DNA of 56,152 bases from Gemmatimonadales bacterium. Lineage in GTDB: Bacteria; Gemmatimonadota; Gemmatimonadetes; Gemmatimonadales; GWC2-71-9. This document shows positions 19,757 through 28,110 of the stretch, piece by piece. The notes beneath the pieces were generated by a model. That model had not been told where the DNA came from, made no database searches, and was given only the letters and a program-made list of their open reading frames with translations. A program made the translations under genes and the position numbers. Positions within the stretch are counted from its first letter, which is position 1, and the number at the start of each line of letters is the position of its first letter. The stretch covers positions 1 to 56,152 of the forward strand of contig DATAOR010000019.1 in the NCBI GenBank assembly GCA_036265635.1, in the 5' to 3' direction.

Positions 19757-20666
19757 CGCCCGCCTGGAAGATCCGGAGGTGCGCGCTCCGCGCGCGGGGA
19801 TTCGCGGCCACTTCGCCGGGCGCCGCCACGATCGGCTTCCGGGTCACCAGCCGGCCGAGCGGCCGGCCGCGGCAGGTGCAGACCGGCTGCCCCGGGGGGC
19901 AGACGCAGGCGCTGGCCCAGTCCCGGAACGCCTGCTTGACCAGCCGGTCCTCGCCCGAATGGTAGGTGATGACGGCCAGGCGCCCACCCGGCACGAGCGC
20001 ATCCCGCAGGGCCGGGAGCGCCGCCTCCAGCCCGGCCAGCTCGTCGTTAACGGCAATCCGTACCGCCTGAAACAACCGGGCGAAATCACCGGGCCCGGCC
20101 CGGGGCCCGAGGGTGGCTCGAATGGCGTTGACCAAGTCATCGCTGATGGCGAACGGGGCCCGACCTCGCCGGCGGACGATCTCGCGGGCGAGCCGCCGGC
20201 CTTGCCGCTCGTCGCCGTACTGGTAGAAGATATGGCCCAGCTCGGTCTCGTCCGCCTGGTTCAGCAAGTCGGCCGCTGACCGCTCGCCCGCGCCCATCCG
20301 CATGTCCAGCGGCGCGCCCGGTCGGAAAGTAAATCCCCGGTCGGTCTCATCCAATTGGCGTGACGATACGCCCAGATCGAGCAGGATGAAGTCGGGCTGC
20401 CAGGCCGCGACGGCTGCGAGCGCCTCGGGCGAGGCATACACGGCGTTGAGGTAGTGGATGCGTTCGGCGCCCAGCCGGGCCCGACTCACTGCCAGCGCCG
20501 CCGGGTCGCGGTCGATGCCAAGCACCTCGGCCCCGGCCTGACGAAGGCCCTCCGCGTGGCCGCCGTCCCCCAGGGTCGCGTCCACGGCGCGCCGGGCGCC
20601 CGCGGCGGCCGCCAGGACGGCGTCGAGCAAGACCGGGACGTGCACGGGCGTGGCGGGATCGGTCAT
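19746..20666 (-). CDS. rsmH: 16S rRNA m4C1402 methyltransferase RsmH (MraW)
   Basis: The track ORF (to 20795, TTG start) runs through tRNA-Asp, giving the GFEPR translation artefact. I trimmed it to the ATG at 20666. The product starts MTDPATPVHVPVLLDAVL and contains DATLGDGGHAE and LLDLGVSSRQLD. Confidence 0.9.
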   Translation of the reverse strand: MTDPATPVHVPVLLDAVLAAAAGARRAVDATLGDGGHAEGLRQAGAEVLGIDRDPAALAVSRARLGAERIHYLNAVYASPEALAAVAAWQPDFILLDLGVSSRQLDETDRGFTFRPGAPLDMRMGAGERSAADLLNQADETELGHIFYQYGDERQGRRLAREIVRRRGRAPFAISDDLVNAIRATLGPRAGPGDFARLFQAVRIAVNDELAGLEAALPALRDALVPGGRLAVITYHSGEDRLVKQAFRDWASACVCPPGQPVCTCRGRPLGRLVTRKPIVAAPGEVAANPRARSAHLRIFQAGDAS

Positions 20667-20684
20667 CGATTCCGAGGCATGGGC

Positions 20685-20716
20685 GGAAACGAAACACCCC
20701 GTCCGCAGGGACGGGG
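20685..20716 (-). terminator. Intrinsic terminator-like hairpin downstream of tRNA-Asp
   Basis: The minus strand reads CCCCGTCC-ctgc-GGACGGGG (perfect 8-bp GC stem, 4-nt loop), followed at once by TGTTTCGTTTCC. Confidence 0.5.
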
Positions 20717-20736
20717 TGGCACGTTGACAGAGGGAA

Positions 20737-20811
20737 CGGGGCTGACGGGGCTCGAACCCGCGACCTCCGCAGTGACAGTGCGGCACTCTAACCAAGCTGA
20801 GCTACAGCCCC
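20737..20811 (-). tRNA. tRNA-Asp (anticodon GTC)
   Basis: The minus strand reads GGGGCTGTAGCTCAGCTTGGTTAGAGTGCCGCACTGTCACTGCGGAGGTCGCGGGTTCGAGCCCCGTCAGCCCCG. It folds as a cloverleaf with 7-bp acceptor stem, anticodon arm CCGCA/CTGTCAC/TGCGG, T-loop GGTTCGAGCC and discriminator G. CCA is not encoded. Confidence 0.9.
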
Positions 20812-20827
20812 TAGGAACGGCGGGGTG

Positions 20828-20833
20828 AATATA
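20828..20833 (-). promoter_or_regulatory. Candidate -10 box (TATATT) for tRNA-Asp
   Basis: This is the only AT-rich hexamer in the 49-nt gap between the TPR gene stop and the tRNA 5' end, 17 nt upstream of the mature 5' end. The -35 region is weak (TTCCAT at 17-nt spacing). Confidence 0.3.
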
Positions 20834-20860
20834 GGCATCCCCTCCGCCCCATGGAACCCC

Positions 20861-22666
20861 CTACTTGCAGTAGGCCTTAGTCATTGCCGCGACCCGCGGC
20901 TTGTACTGCTTGATGATGCCGAGGTTCTTGGTGACCGCCTCGGGATTGGCCGACTGCCCGGCGGTCAGCGCCGTCTCGGCCTCGCCCAGCAGCGCTTCCT
21001 CCTGCTTGGCCAGATCGCACGACTTCCCCTTCTCGGCCTGGGGGTCGATCTGGGGCACCTGGAACAGGGTCGCCAAGCCCAGCAGGTAGTTGGACGCCGG
21101 GCCGACCTTGCCCGTCGGGCTCGCCGCCGATACGGCCATCCGCAGGAGCTCGGCCGCGCCCTGGAGGTCCTGCGGCGGCTGCAGCAGCGATGCCCCGCCC
21201 TGGTACAGCAGGGCCGCGGCATTCTCCTTCGCCTGCGCATCGCCGTGCTTGATCGCGAAATCGAGGAACGGCACCGCCTCCTTGGGACGCCGGACCACGC
21301 CGGCGGTGTCGCCGGCTGTCGGGGTACCGGCCGAGCGCGAGGTATCGCCGGGTGCTTTCGCGGGGGACCCGCCCTTGGTCCCGTCGATCAGGGCCTTGGC
21401 CGCCGCCAGCGCGGGGCCGACCGCAGTGGTGTCCTTGGCCATGATCCGGTTAGTGACGGCTACGACGCTGTCGGTCTGACCCGTCATGGCGTAGGCCCGA
21501 TTCAGGTACCCGAGCAGGGTCGGATTGTCGGGGTACTTCCGCACTCCGGCCTGCGACCACTTCAGCAGCCGAACGGTATCGGGCTTCTCGCCCTCGGCCG
21601 CGGCCGCGGAGATCTTGGTGAAGAACAGGGTATCGGCCTTGGTGCTGTCGGTGGCGTAGAGCGTCTCGAGCGCGTCCACCGCGCACTTGAAGTCGCTCAG
21701 GAAGAGACAGGCGTTGCTCTTCAGGTCGTACAGGTCGGCGTTGTACGGATCCAGCTTGAGGCCTTCATCGGCCACCTGGAGCGCGGTCTCGGGATGCCCC
21801 GACTGGAGGAAGTACTTGAACAGCTCCTCGCGCAGCTTCTGGTTGGTCGGCGCCACCCTCAGCATCTGCTTGAACGCCACCAGCGTGTTGGCGGTGTCGT
21901 TGGCCGTCTGGTACTGGCTGGCGAGCGCGGTCCACACCGGCAGACTCAGCGGATCGCCCTTGGTCGACGCCTGGAGGTGCTGAACCACCTCGCCTCGCGG
22001 CGCCTTCTTGTCCTGGGCCAGCAGGGCCAGGCAATACTCCGCGAGCCCGTTGTTGGGCAGGGTCTTGAGCGCCTTCTTGGCGGCTTCAGCGGCCTTGTCC
22101 GCCTTGGCGGTCCGCTGCTCGATGCAGCTCTTGGCGTCGCCCAGCGATTTGACCGCGGGTCCGAGCGCCGCGGCCAGACGCTTGCCGAACGCCTCTGGCG
22201 TCTCATTGGGATTCTGGGTCAGGCTGATGACATTGCCCGCATCATCGTTGACCCCGGTGAGGCGAGCGGTCACCGTGTAGCGGCCGCCGTCGCCCTTGTT
22301 GAGGGTCGAGCTGACCAGAAACCGGGCCTGGATATTCTTGGCCAGGGTGGTGGCGAGCGTGGGGCTCAGGATGGCATCGACCGGGTAGCCGTACTGCTGC
22401 AGCGCATCGTTCATCTGCTTCTGCTCGACCACCTGATAGTCCCGACCTACCAGATCCTTGAATTCCTCCCGCAGTCCCGTGCCGATCTTTACCGCCGGGG
22501 CAGAATCGGCGGCGGCGAAGGCAAACGGATTCGCCACCATGAAGCGGGGGGCGGAGCTCACCGCCTCCTGGGAGGCGCGGGCGCGTCGTGGGATGCCCTG
22601 GCCAGCCAGCGGGGAGAGCGTCCCACTCGCAACGACGGCCAGCGCCACTAGACGGAACAGGAACAT
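20861..22666 (-). CDS. Secreted/periplasmic TPR-repeat protein
   Basis: 601 aa with a signal peptide (MFLFRLVALAVVASGTLSPLAGQG), an N-terminal alpha/beta domain and then TPR-like repeats. GGAGG lies 8 nt upstream of the ATG. The protein is unusually Lys-rich compared with its neighbours. Confidence 0.7.
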   Translation of the reverse strand: MFLFRLVALAVVASGTLSPLAGQGIPRRARASQEAVSSAPRFMVANPFAFAAADSAPAVKIGTGLREEFKDLVGRDYQVVEQKQMNDALQQYGYPVDAILSPTLATTLAKNIQARFLVSSTLNKGDGGRYTVTARLTGVNDDAGNVISLTQNPNETPEAFGKRLAAALGPAVKSLGDAKSCIEQRTAKADKAAEAAKKALKTLPNNGLAEYCLALLAQDKKAPRGEVVQHLQASTKGDPLSLPVWTALASQYQTANDTANTLVAFKQMLRVAPTNQKLREELFKYFLQSGHPETALQVADEGLKLDPYNADLYDLKSNACLFLSDFKCAVDALETLYATDSTKADTLFFTKISAAAAEGEKPDTVRLLKWSQAGVRKYPDNPTLLGYLNRAYAMTGQTDSVVAVTNRIMAKDTTAVGPALAAAKALIDGTKGGSPAKAPGDTSRSAGTPTAGDTAGVVRRPKEAVPFLDFAIKHGDAQAKENAAALLYQGGASLLQPPQDLQGAAELLRMAVSAASPTGKVGPASNYLLGLATLFQVPQIDPQAEKGKSCDLAKQEEALLGEAETALTAGQSANPEAVTKNLGIIKQYKPRVAAMTKAYCK

Positions 22667-22710
22667 GCCTCAGCCTCCACAAGGTGTCGGCCCCGGAGGG
22701 CCCGCAACGT

Positions 22711-22727
22711 CCGCGCGTCCGGCGCGG
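22711..22727 (-). other. GC stem-loop just downstream of tRNA-Val (processing or weak terminator hairpin)
   Basis: The minus strand reads CCGCGC-cggac-GCGCGG, 7 nt after the tRNA-Val 3' end. There is no clear U-tract. Confidence 0.3.
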
Positions 22728-22734
22728 ATACGGA

Positions 22735-22809
22735 TGGGCGAAGAGGGATTCGAACCCCCGACATCCTGCGTGTAAGGCAGGCGCTCTGAACCAGCTGAGC
22801 TATTCGCCC
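22735..22809 (-). tRNA. tRNA-Val (anticodon TAC)
   Basis: The minus strand reads GGGCGAATAGCTCAGCTGGTTCAGAGCGCCTGCCTTACACGCAGGATGTCGGGGGTTCGAATCCCTCTTCGCCCA. It has acceptor GGGCGAA/TTCGCCC, anticodon arm CCTGC/CTTACAC/GCAGG and T-loop GGTTCGAATCC. Confidence 0.9.
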
Positions 22810-22886
22810 CGGATGGGACCTACCCGCCCGCCGAACGTCGGGAAATAGCCCCTACGCAGCAAGCGTGCCGTGACGGGCAACACGCC

Positions 22887-23099
22887 CTAGAGTGCGATCC
22901 CGAGCGGAAACAGGATGCAATACCCGACTACGAGGAGCACCGCGGCGGCACTCGCGTGTCCGGCTGCCAAAGTGAGGTAGCCCGCCACCAGCACCAGAAG
23001 TGCGGCCGCCAGAAGCACGAGATTCCGGCGAGCGAGCAGGAAGCGGCGCGGCGCGTCCGCGCTCGAGGGCGCGCCGACTCGGGTGCGGGGAGTAGGCAT
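22887..23099 (-). CDS. Small two-TM membrane protein (hypothetical)
   Basis: 70 aa with a basic N-terminus followed by two hydrophobic helices (LVLLAAALLVLVAGYLTLAA, AAAVLLVVGYCILFPLGIAL). There is no obvious SD. The overlapping 94-aa ORF in another frame looks non-protein-like. Confidence 0.4.
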   Translation of the reverse strand: MPTPRTRVGAPSSADAPRRFLLARRNLVLLAAALLVLVAGYLTLAAGHASAAAVLLVVGYCILFPLGIAL

Positions 23100-23113
23100 A
23101 AGGCTTGAGGCTA

Positions 23114-23902
23114 CTACGGTTTTGGAGGCGGGTCAAGTTCAGGCGGGTCCTCGGCTTCCGGCTCCACGACCCAACCGATGTCCAGGGCAGCCCGGCGGGC
23201 GCGGTCGGCCCAACGACGGCGCCGGACCGCCCAGAGGACGATCAGCCCCGCCACGGCCCACCCCCCGCCCGCCACCAGCCACTGGCCCAGGGTGTACCGC
23301 TTCCGCAGCGTCCGGCGCCACTCGTCATCGAACCGGTCCACCGTGAGCCCGGTAGTAGCCAGAACGGCCGCATCGAAGTCCTCGCCACCTTCCAGCCGGG
23401 TCATCAGCGGGGTGAGAGTGCCGGTCGGATTACGGCGGGCCAGCTCCACTACGGCCGAGGCGGCGAGGGCGTAGGCCGCGTCGGCGGTCGACGCCGAACC
23501 GCGCAGCGCACCATCGAGTGCCGCCAAGGTCGGAACCGCCCCGCGCACGACCGACAGGTTGAGCTCCAGCCCGCCGAACCGCTCCCACTCGCCCGCGGCC
23601 CAGGCGGCATACCCCTCGTCGAACCAGAGCGGCACCCGGCCGGCCACCGCCTCGTGCAGGGCCAAGTGAGCCAGCTCGTGGCGGAGCGTGCGGGCCAGAT
23701 CGTTCTGGTCGGCGCGAAGCACGATGGTGCGGGCGCCGGGGAGCGCGGCCGCAGCACCCCAGGCGGGTATCCGCCCGTTGGTCAGGGAATCGAGCAGCCG
23801 GCCGTCAGGGACCACGATGAGGCGGAGAGCACCCGGCGTCCGCACCCCGAGGCCGGGCCAGCGGGCGGGCCGGTCCGCCAGCCTGGCCAGATCGGTGGCC
23901 AC
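23114..23902 (-). CDS. Peptidase-MA-like zinc metalloprotease with C-terminal TM
   Basis: 262 aa with HELAHLALHE (HExxH) and a downstream WFDEGYA glutamate, the gluzincin pattern. C-terminal TM is WLVAGGGWAVAGLIVLWAV. The GTG start is uncertain (see findings). Confidence 0.6.
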   Translation of the reverse strand: MATDLARLADRPARWPGLGVRTPGALRLIVVPDGRLLDSLTNGRIPAWGAAAALPGARTIVLRADQNDLARTLRHELAHLALHEAVAGRVPLWFDEGYAAWAAGEWERFGGLELNLSVVRGAVPTLAALDGALRGSASTADAAYALAASAVVELARRNPTGTLTPLMTRLEGGEDFDAAVLATTGLTVDRFDDEWRRTLRKRYTLGQWLVAGGGWAVAGLIVLWAVRRRRWADRARRAALDIGWVVEPEAEDPPELDPPPKP

Positions 23903-23985
23903 GGCGTGCTGGGGCGGCCAGAAGACGGCCGTGACCCGGCCGATCTGGCGGGCGACCGGCTGGACCTGCAGCAGGAAGGCGAGCG

Positions 23986-24855
23986 CTAGGAGAGCAGGCT
24001 GCGCGGGACCTCACCCCCGGCCGCGGCCACATCCAGCATCTCTTTGCACCGCTTGGCCCACGGGTTGAACTTGTTGGCCTTGTGACCTTCGGCCCAGGTC
24101 TGCATCGCCTCGTCCCGGCGCCCGGCGAACCAGAGGGCGCGACCCAGCTCGAAGTGGGCCTCGATCAGGTTGGGCCCCAGTTTGAGGGTATTCCGGAAGA
24201 AAGTCTGGGCATCCTCGTACATCTCGCGCTCCAGGTATACCAGTCCCAGATAATAGTGGGCATAGAGCGTGGCCTTGCGGTCGTTGTCCAGCCGGATGGC
24301 CTTGGAGAGATGCTCTATGGCCTCCCCGAAGATCCGCTTCTTCAGGCAGATATAGCCCACGTTGATCCGGGCTAGGGCGTTGGCCGGCTCCTTCATGAGC
24401 ACCCGCGAGAAGGTGCCGAGGGCGTCATCGTAATCCTCGTGAAGCATCTGGGCCCAACCCAGGAGTGACTGCGCCTGGACGTCCCCCGGAGAGAGCCCCA
24501 GCGCCTTGTCCAGGGCCTGGATCGCCCCGTCGTAATCGCCCAGCGAGATCAGGCTCCAGCCCTTCTCGATGTAGGTGGAGGCACCGAGGTGATCGGCGTG
24601 GATGGCGGGCCGCGCCCCGGTGAACTGCGGCGCCGTGGCCGGCCCCGCCGCGTGGGCTTGCTTGTAGCGCTCGACCAGTCCCCGGATCTCCTCCTTCATC
24701 TGCCCCAGGTCGGTCAGTGCGCCATCTACCCGCTTGAAGAGAGCGATGATGTCGCGCTTGACCGCTTCCCGGTCGCCGGGCTGCGACGCCGCGGTCAGCC
24801 GCGACTCGATCTCCTGAAACTGCCCCCGGAGGGTGCCGATCAGCGGCTCGCTCAT
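23986..24855 (-). CDS. Coiled-coil + TPR protein, last gene of the che/mgl cluster
   Basis: The track ORF is over-extended across cheW. I trimmed it to the ATG at 24855, which forms an ATGA overlap with the cheW stop. The product is 289 aa with an N-terminal coiled coil and then TPR repeats (YDGAIQALDKALGLSPGD, YDDALGTFSRVLMKEPAN, and others). Confidence 0.75.
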   Translation of the reverse strand: MSEPLIGTLRGQFQEIESRLTAASQPGDREAVKRDIIALFKRVDGALTDLGQMKEEIRGLVERYKQAHAAGPATAPQFTGARPAIHADHLGASTYIEKGWSLISLGDYDGAIQALDKALGLSPGDVQAQSLLGWAQMLHEDYDDALGTFSRVLMKEPANALARINVGYICLKKRIFGEAIEHLSKAIRLDNDRKATLYAHYYLGLVYLEREMYEDAQTFFRNTLKLGPNLIEAHFELGRALWFAGRRDEAMQTWAEGHKANKFNPWAKRCKEMLDVAAAGGEVPRSLLS

Positions 24856-25334
24856 GCCGGCCCTCCCAGCTGGGCGAGCGCAAGGCGTTCGGTCGAGGTC
24901 AGGAGCTTCCTCGCGTTGAGAATGATGATGGTCCGCTCGGGCCGGGTGACAATCCCGGCGATGTAGCCCGCCGCCAGCCCGCTCACCATGGGTCCCGGGG
25001 CGGTGATGGTCGTACTGGCCACCCGGAGGACCTCGCGCACCTGATCCACCAGGACGCCTATCCGCTGGTCGTCCAGATCCACGATCATCAGCCGGGTCTC
25101 CTCCCGCAGCCCCGCCGGCAGCTCGAAGCGCTTGCGCAAGTCCACCACTGGCACGACCCCGCCCTCGTAGGGGACGACCCCCTCGAGAAACGGCGGGGCC
25201 TGCGGCAACGGCGCGGGGGCGATGTGGCGCAGGATCCGCTCCACCTGCAGGATGTCCAGGGCGAATTCCTGGGGCCCGACCCGGAAGCACACCAGCTGGA
25301 CCTGATCCGCCATGTCTGTGGCCGCGCCGGTCAT
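24852..25334 (-). CDS. cheW: Chemotaxis coupling protein CheW
   Basis: 160 aa with a typical CheW fold signature (LVCFRVGPQEFALDILQVERI...VVPVVDLRKRF...IGVLVDQVREV...IILNARKLL). Confidence 0.88.
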   Translation of the reverse strand: MTGAATDMADQVQLVCFRVGPQEFALDILQVERILRHIAPAPLPQAPPFLEGVVPYEGGVVPVVDLRKRFELPAGLREETRLMIVDLDDQRIGVLVDQVREVLRVASTTITAPGPMVSGLAAGYIAGIVTRPERTIIILNARKLLTSTERLALAQLGGPA

Positions 25335-25756
25335 CGCGTCTCCTCTCCGATCCGTGCGCCGAGGGCGGTGAAATCGAGCAGCGGGACCAGTCCCGCCTCG
25401 GTGCGGGCGACCGCGTCGGCGCAGGGGAGCCCGGTGCCGGGGGCCAGCCGAAGACCGGTCCGGTAGAGAATGGTGTCCGCCGACTCAACCTCGAGGCACA
25501 CTCGCCGGCCGGCCAGCTCGACCAGGATACCCACCTCGCTGGGCCGGGCCGGACAGCTCCCGCCGTCGAGCAGCGCCCCGAGATGCACCAGCGGGGTGAT
25601 CCGCTCCCGGACCAGCGCCACCCCCCGCACCGCCGCGTCCCGAGCGGGCACCGGGTACGCCAGGCCCGGGTCGAGTACCTCGACCACCCGGGTGAGCGGC
25701 AGGCCGACCAGGTGCTCCCCGGCCCGGACCACCAGGTAGCCGGCCTCGGCCGTCAC
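25331..25756 (-). CDS. Divergent CheW-like protein
   Basis: 141 aa with a CheW-like pattern ([21 protein letters not shown]...[19 protein letters not shown]...[11 protein letters not shown]...LVPLLDF). It has 4-nt overlaps on both sides. Confidence 0.65.
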   Translation of the reverse strand: MTAEAGYLVVRAGEHLVGLPLTRVVEVLDPGLAYPVPARDAAVRGVALVRERITPLVHLGALLDGGSCPARPSEVGILVELAGRRVCLEVESADTILYRTGLRLAPGTGLPCADAVARTEAGLVPLLDFTALGARIGEETR

Positions 25757-26826
25757 GCGGCCGCCATCCGGGACAGTTCCTGCGAGACCCGCGCGGCCAC
25801 CTCGCCGATGGGGAGCACATGGCGGACTCCACCCGACTGCAGCGCGGCGCCGGGCATGCCGTAAATAGTGGCGGTCTCCCGATCCTGCGCGATGCCGATG
25901 CCGCCGGCGTCGTGCATCGCGCGGAGCCCTTCGGCACCGTCGCGGCCCAGGCCGGTGAGCACTACCCCGACGGCGCGGGCGCCGAAGACGCGGGCGACGC
26001 TGCGAAACAGCGGATCAGCGGCCGGCCGCACTCCCCACACGGTCGGCGTCTGGTCCAGCTCGAGCCGAGGCCCGTCGGCCGCGAGCGCCACCCGCATGTG
26101 AAAATCGCCGGGAGCGACATAGGCCGTATCGGCCACGATCGGGACGCCGTGCTCGGCCTCGACCACCTGGAACCGACTCTGCGACGCCAGCCGCTCGGCC
26201 AGGCTACGGGTGAATTTGGGCGGCATGTGCTGCACGATCAGCACCGCGGCCTGGTGGCCGGTGGTGAGCTGCGGCACCACTTCCGCCAGCGCCCGCGGCC
26301 CCCCGGTCGAGGCCGCGATGGCGACGACTTGCCGGGCCCGTCCTGGCAGCGCGAACAACGCCGGCGCGGCGGTCGGCCGGGCGGGTCGCGCCAGCACCGG
26401 CATCCGGAGAATCGCCGCGCTGCGCACCGTGCGCAGCGTGCCCAGCACCCGGTGACGGAAGCGGACCATCGACTGGGTGCTCCGGTCCTCTTCCTTGGGC
26501 ACCAGGTCCACGGCCCCGAGCTCGAGCGCCCGGATGGCGGCCCCCGTCCCGGGGCCGGCGTACGAGCTGACCACGACGATGGGCCGGGGCGCCTCGGACA
26601 TGATGTAGCCGATCGCGCCCAGCCCATCGAGCTCGGGCATCTCCAGGTCCATCAACACCACGTCGGGCTCGAGCTCGTGGACTTTCTGCAGCGCATCGAG
26701 CCCGTTCCGGGCGGTCCCCACCGCGCGGAACTCGCCGCTCCCGTCCACCACGTCGGACAACAGCCGCCGGAAGAAGGCGCTGTCGTCCACGATGAGGACC
26801 GTCTGCGTCTCAGAGGGTCGCGACAC
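25753..26826 (-). CDS. cheB: Protein-glutamate methylesterase/response regulator CheB
   Basis: 357 aa. The REC domain has [11 protein letters not shown]...[13 protein letters not shown]. The methylesterase domain has the triad context [14 protein letters not shown] and GLGRDGAEG. Confidence 0.93.
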   Translation of the reverse strand: MSRPSETQTVLIVDDSAFFRRLLSDVVDGSGEFRAVGTARNGLDALQKVHELEPDVVLMDLEMPELDGLGAIGYIMSEAPRPIVVVSSYAGPGTGAAIRALELGAVDLVPKEEDRSTQSMVRFRHRVLGTLRTVRSAAILRMPVLARPARPTAAPALFALPGRARQVVAIAASTGGPRALAEVVPQLTTGHQAAVLIVQHMPPKFTRSLAERLASQSRFQVVEAEHGVPIVADTAYVAPGDFHMRVALAADGPRLELDQTPTVWGVRPAADPLFRSVARVFGARAVGVVLTGLGRDGAEGLRAMHDAGGIGIAQDRETATIYGMPGAALQSGGVRHVLPIGEVAARVSQELSRMAAA

Positions 26827-27295
26827 CGTGCGCTACCGACGAGATCTCGACGCGACCATCGGCGGCCCACAGCCGGACGGTCCGGCCGTAGTCGCCTCCG
26901 GTAGCCTCCCCGACCAGCGGCAAGCCGGCGGCATGCAGCATCTGGCGGCAGGCGACCACGTTGCGCTCGCCCATCTGGATGGTCCCCGGCGCGGCCAGGC
27001 TGGCGAACATGCTGGCGCCGCCGACCAGCCGGGCCGTCATCCGGCGCGCGCTCCCGCCGCGCTCGGCCATCAGCTCGAGCAGCTTCGGCACCGCCGTCTG
27101 GGGAAACTTGGCCGGATTGTTGTCCTTCCGGCTCAACGCCGGGGACGGCAGCAGCACGTGGGCCAGCCCCACCACCTTGCTCGCCGGATCGTGCAGCAGG
27201 ATGGCCACGCAGCTCCCCAGGCCCACGGTCATCAGCACGTCGTCGCCGCAGCCGGCCCGCATGTCGGCCACCCGGACCACGATCTCGCCCGTCAC
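26810..27295 (-). CDS. cheD: Chemoreceptor glutamine deamidase CheD
   Basis: 161 aa with [10 protein letters not shown] (catalytic Cys context), GLAHVLLP and ERNV. Confidence 0.9.
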   Translation of the reverse strand: MTGEIVVRVADMRAGCGDDVLMTVGLGSCVAILLHDPASKVVGLAHVLLPSPALSRKDNNPAKFPQTAVPKLLELMAERGGSARRMTARLVGGASMFASLAAPGTIQMGERNVVACRQMLHAAGLPLVGEATGGDYGRTVRLWAADGRVEISSVAHGVATL

Positions 27296-28110
27296 GGCGC
27301 CCTCCGGTAGATCCGCTCTCGCGGGTCGACCATGGCGAGTCGCTCGCGGGCCGCACCCAACAGGGTCTCCACCTTGCCCAGGACGAGGAACCCCCCGGGC
27401 GCCAACGCATCGGCGAACCGGGTGAACAGCCGCTCCTGCATCGGCCGATCGAAGTAGATCACCACGTTGCGGCAGAGGATGAGGTCGTAGTCGGTCCGCG
27501 GCGGCGGCTCCGCGTTCAGGTCGTGGAACCGTACCCCGACGCGTCGACGGACCGGCTCGGTCACCCGGCGCAGCTCGCCCGCGTCCTCGAAGTAGCCGGC
27601 AGCCAGCTCGGCCGGCATCTCGGTCAGTCCCTCGCGCCGGTAGCTGGCCGCCCGGGCCCGCTCGAGGCTCACCCGATCGATGTCGGTCGCGTCGACCGAC
27701 AAGCGGGCCAGCTCACCCCCGCGCCCCAGCCCGTCGAGATAGGCGGCCACCAGGATGGCCAGGGTATAGGGCTCCTCACCCGACGCACAGCCGGCGCTCC
27801 AGGCCCTGACCTCGGTCCGGGGCCGGTCGAGCAGCGCGGGCAGGACCGTCTGTCGCACCGCCTGCCAGGTTTCGGCGTTGCGGTAGAACCGGGTCACGTT
27901 GATGGTGAGGGCGTCACGAAGCCGCTCGCACTCGAGCGGTGAACGGGTCAGCACCGCCCGGTAGTCATCGTAGCTGTGTACCCCGCAAGCCCGCATGCGC
28001 ACCGCGATCCGCCGGCGGATGCACTTGTCCTTGTAGGCCTGGACGGTGAACCCGCCGGACCGGGCGATCTCCTGCGCCAGGGCCGCGAAGGCCGGATCGT
28101 CGGAGCTCAC
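27292..28110 (-). CDS. cheR: Chemotaxis protein methyltransferase CheR
   Basis: 272 aa with FYRN, the SAM-binding motif AWSAGCASGEEPYTLA and LILCRNVVIYF. Confidence 0.9.
   Translation of the reverse strand: MSSDDPAFAALAQEIARSGGFTVQAYKDKCIRRRIAVRMRACGVHSYDDYRAVLTRSPLECERLRDALTINVTRFYRNAETWQAVRQTVLPALLDRPRTEVRAWSAGCASGEEPYTLAILVAAYLDGLGRGGELARLSVDATDIDRVSLERARAASYRREGLTEMPAELAAGYFEDAGELRRVTEPVRRRVGVRFHDLNAEPPPRTDYDLILCRNVVIYFDRPMQERLFTRFADALAPGGFLVLGKVETLLGAARERLAMVDPRERIYRRAP

Noticed and set aside
20724-20729. Perfect TTGACA hexamer on the plus strand near tRNA-Asp
   Set aside because: It points antisense to every gene here. The sequence at the appropriate spacing downstream (GGGGCT) is not a -10 box, and no plus-strand gene exists for it to serve.
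20667-20795. N-terminal extension of rsmH from a TTG at 20795
   Set aside because: The extension reads straight through tRNA-Asp, giving the tell-tale GGRGFEPRQP from the T-arm. RsmH homology starts at MTDPATPVHVPVLL.
20737-22809. Possible genomic island: one protein gene sandwiched between tRNA-Val and tRNA-Asp
   Set aside because: There is no integrase or other mobility gene. I could find no direct repeat of either tRNA 3' end in 20812..20860 or 22667..22734. Codon style (G/C third positions) matches the neighbours. It is more likely an ordinary gene inserted into a tRNA operon, although its Lys-rich composition was noted.
22852-23136. 94-aa ORF overlapping the small membrane protein gene
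   Set aside because: The translation is Arg/Ser/Gly/Pro-rich and non-globular, and it overlaps the stop of the upstream peptidase gene by 23 nt. The alternative 70-aa frame gives a clean two-TM protein.
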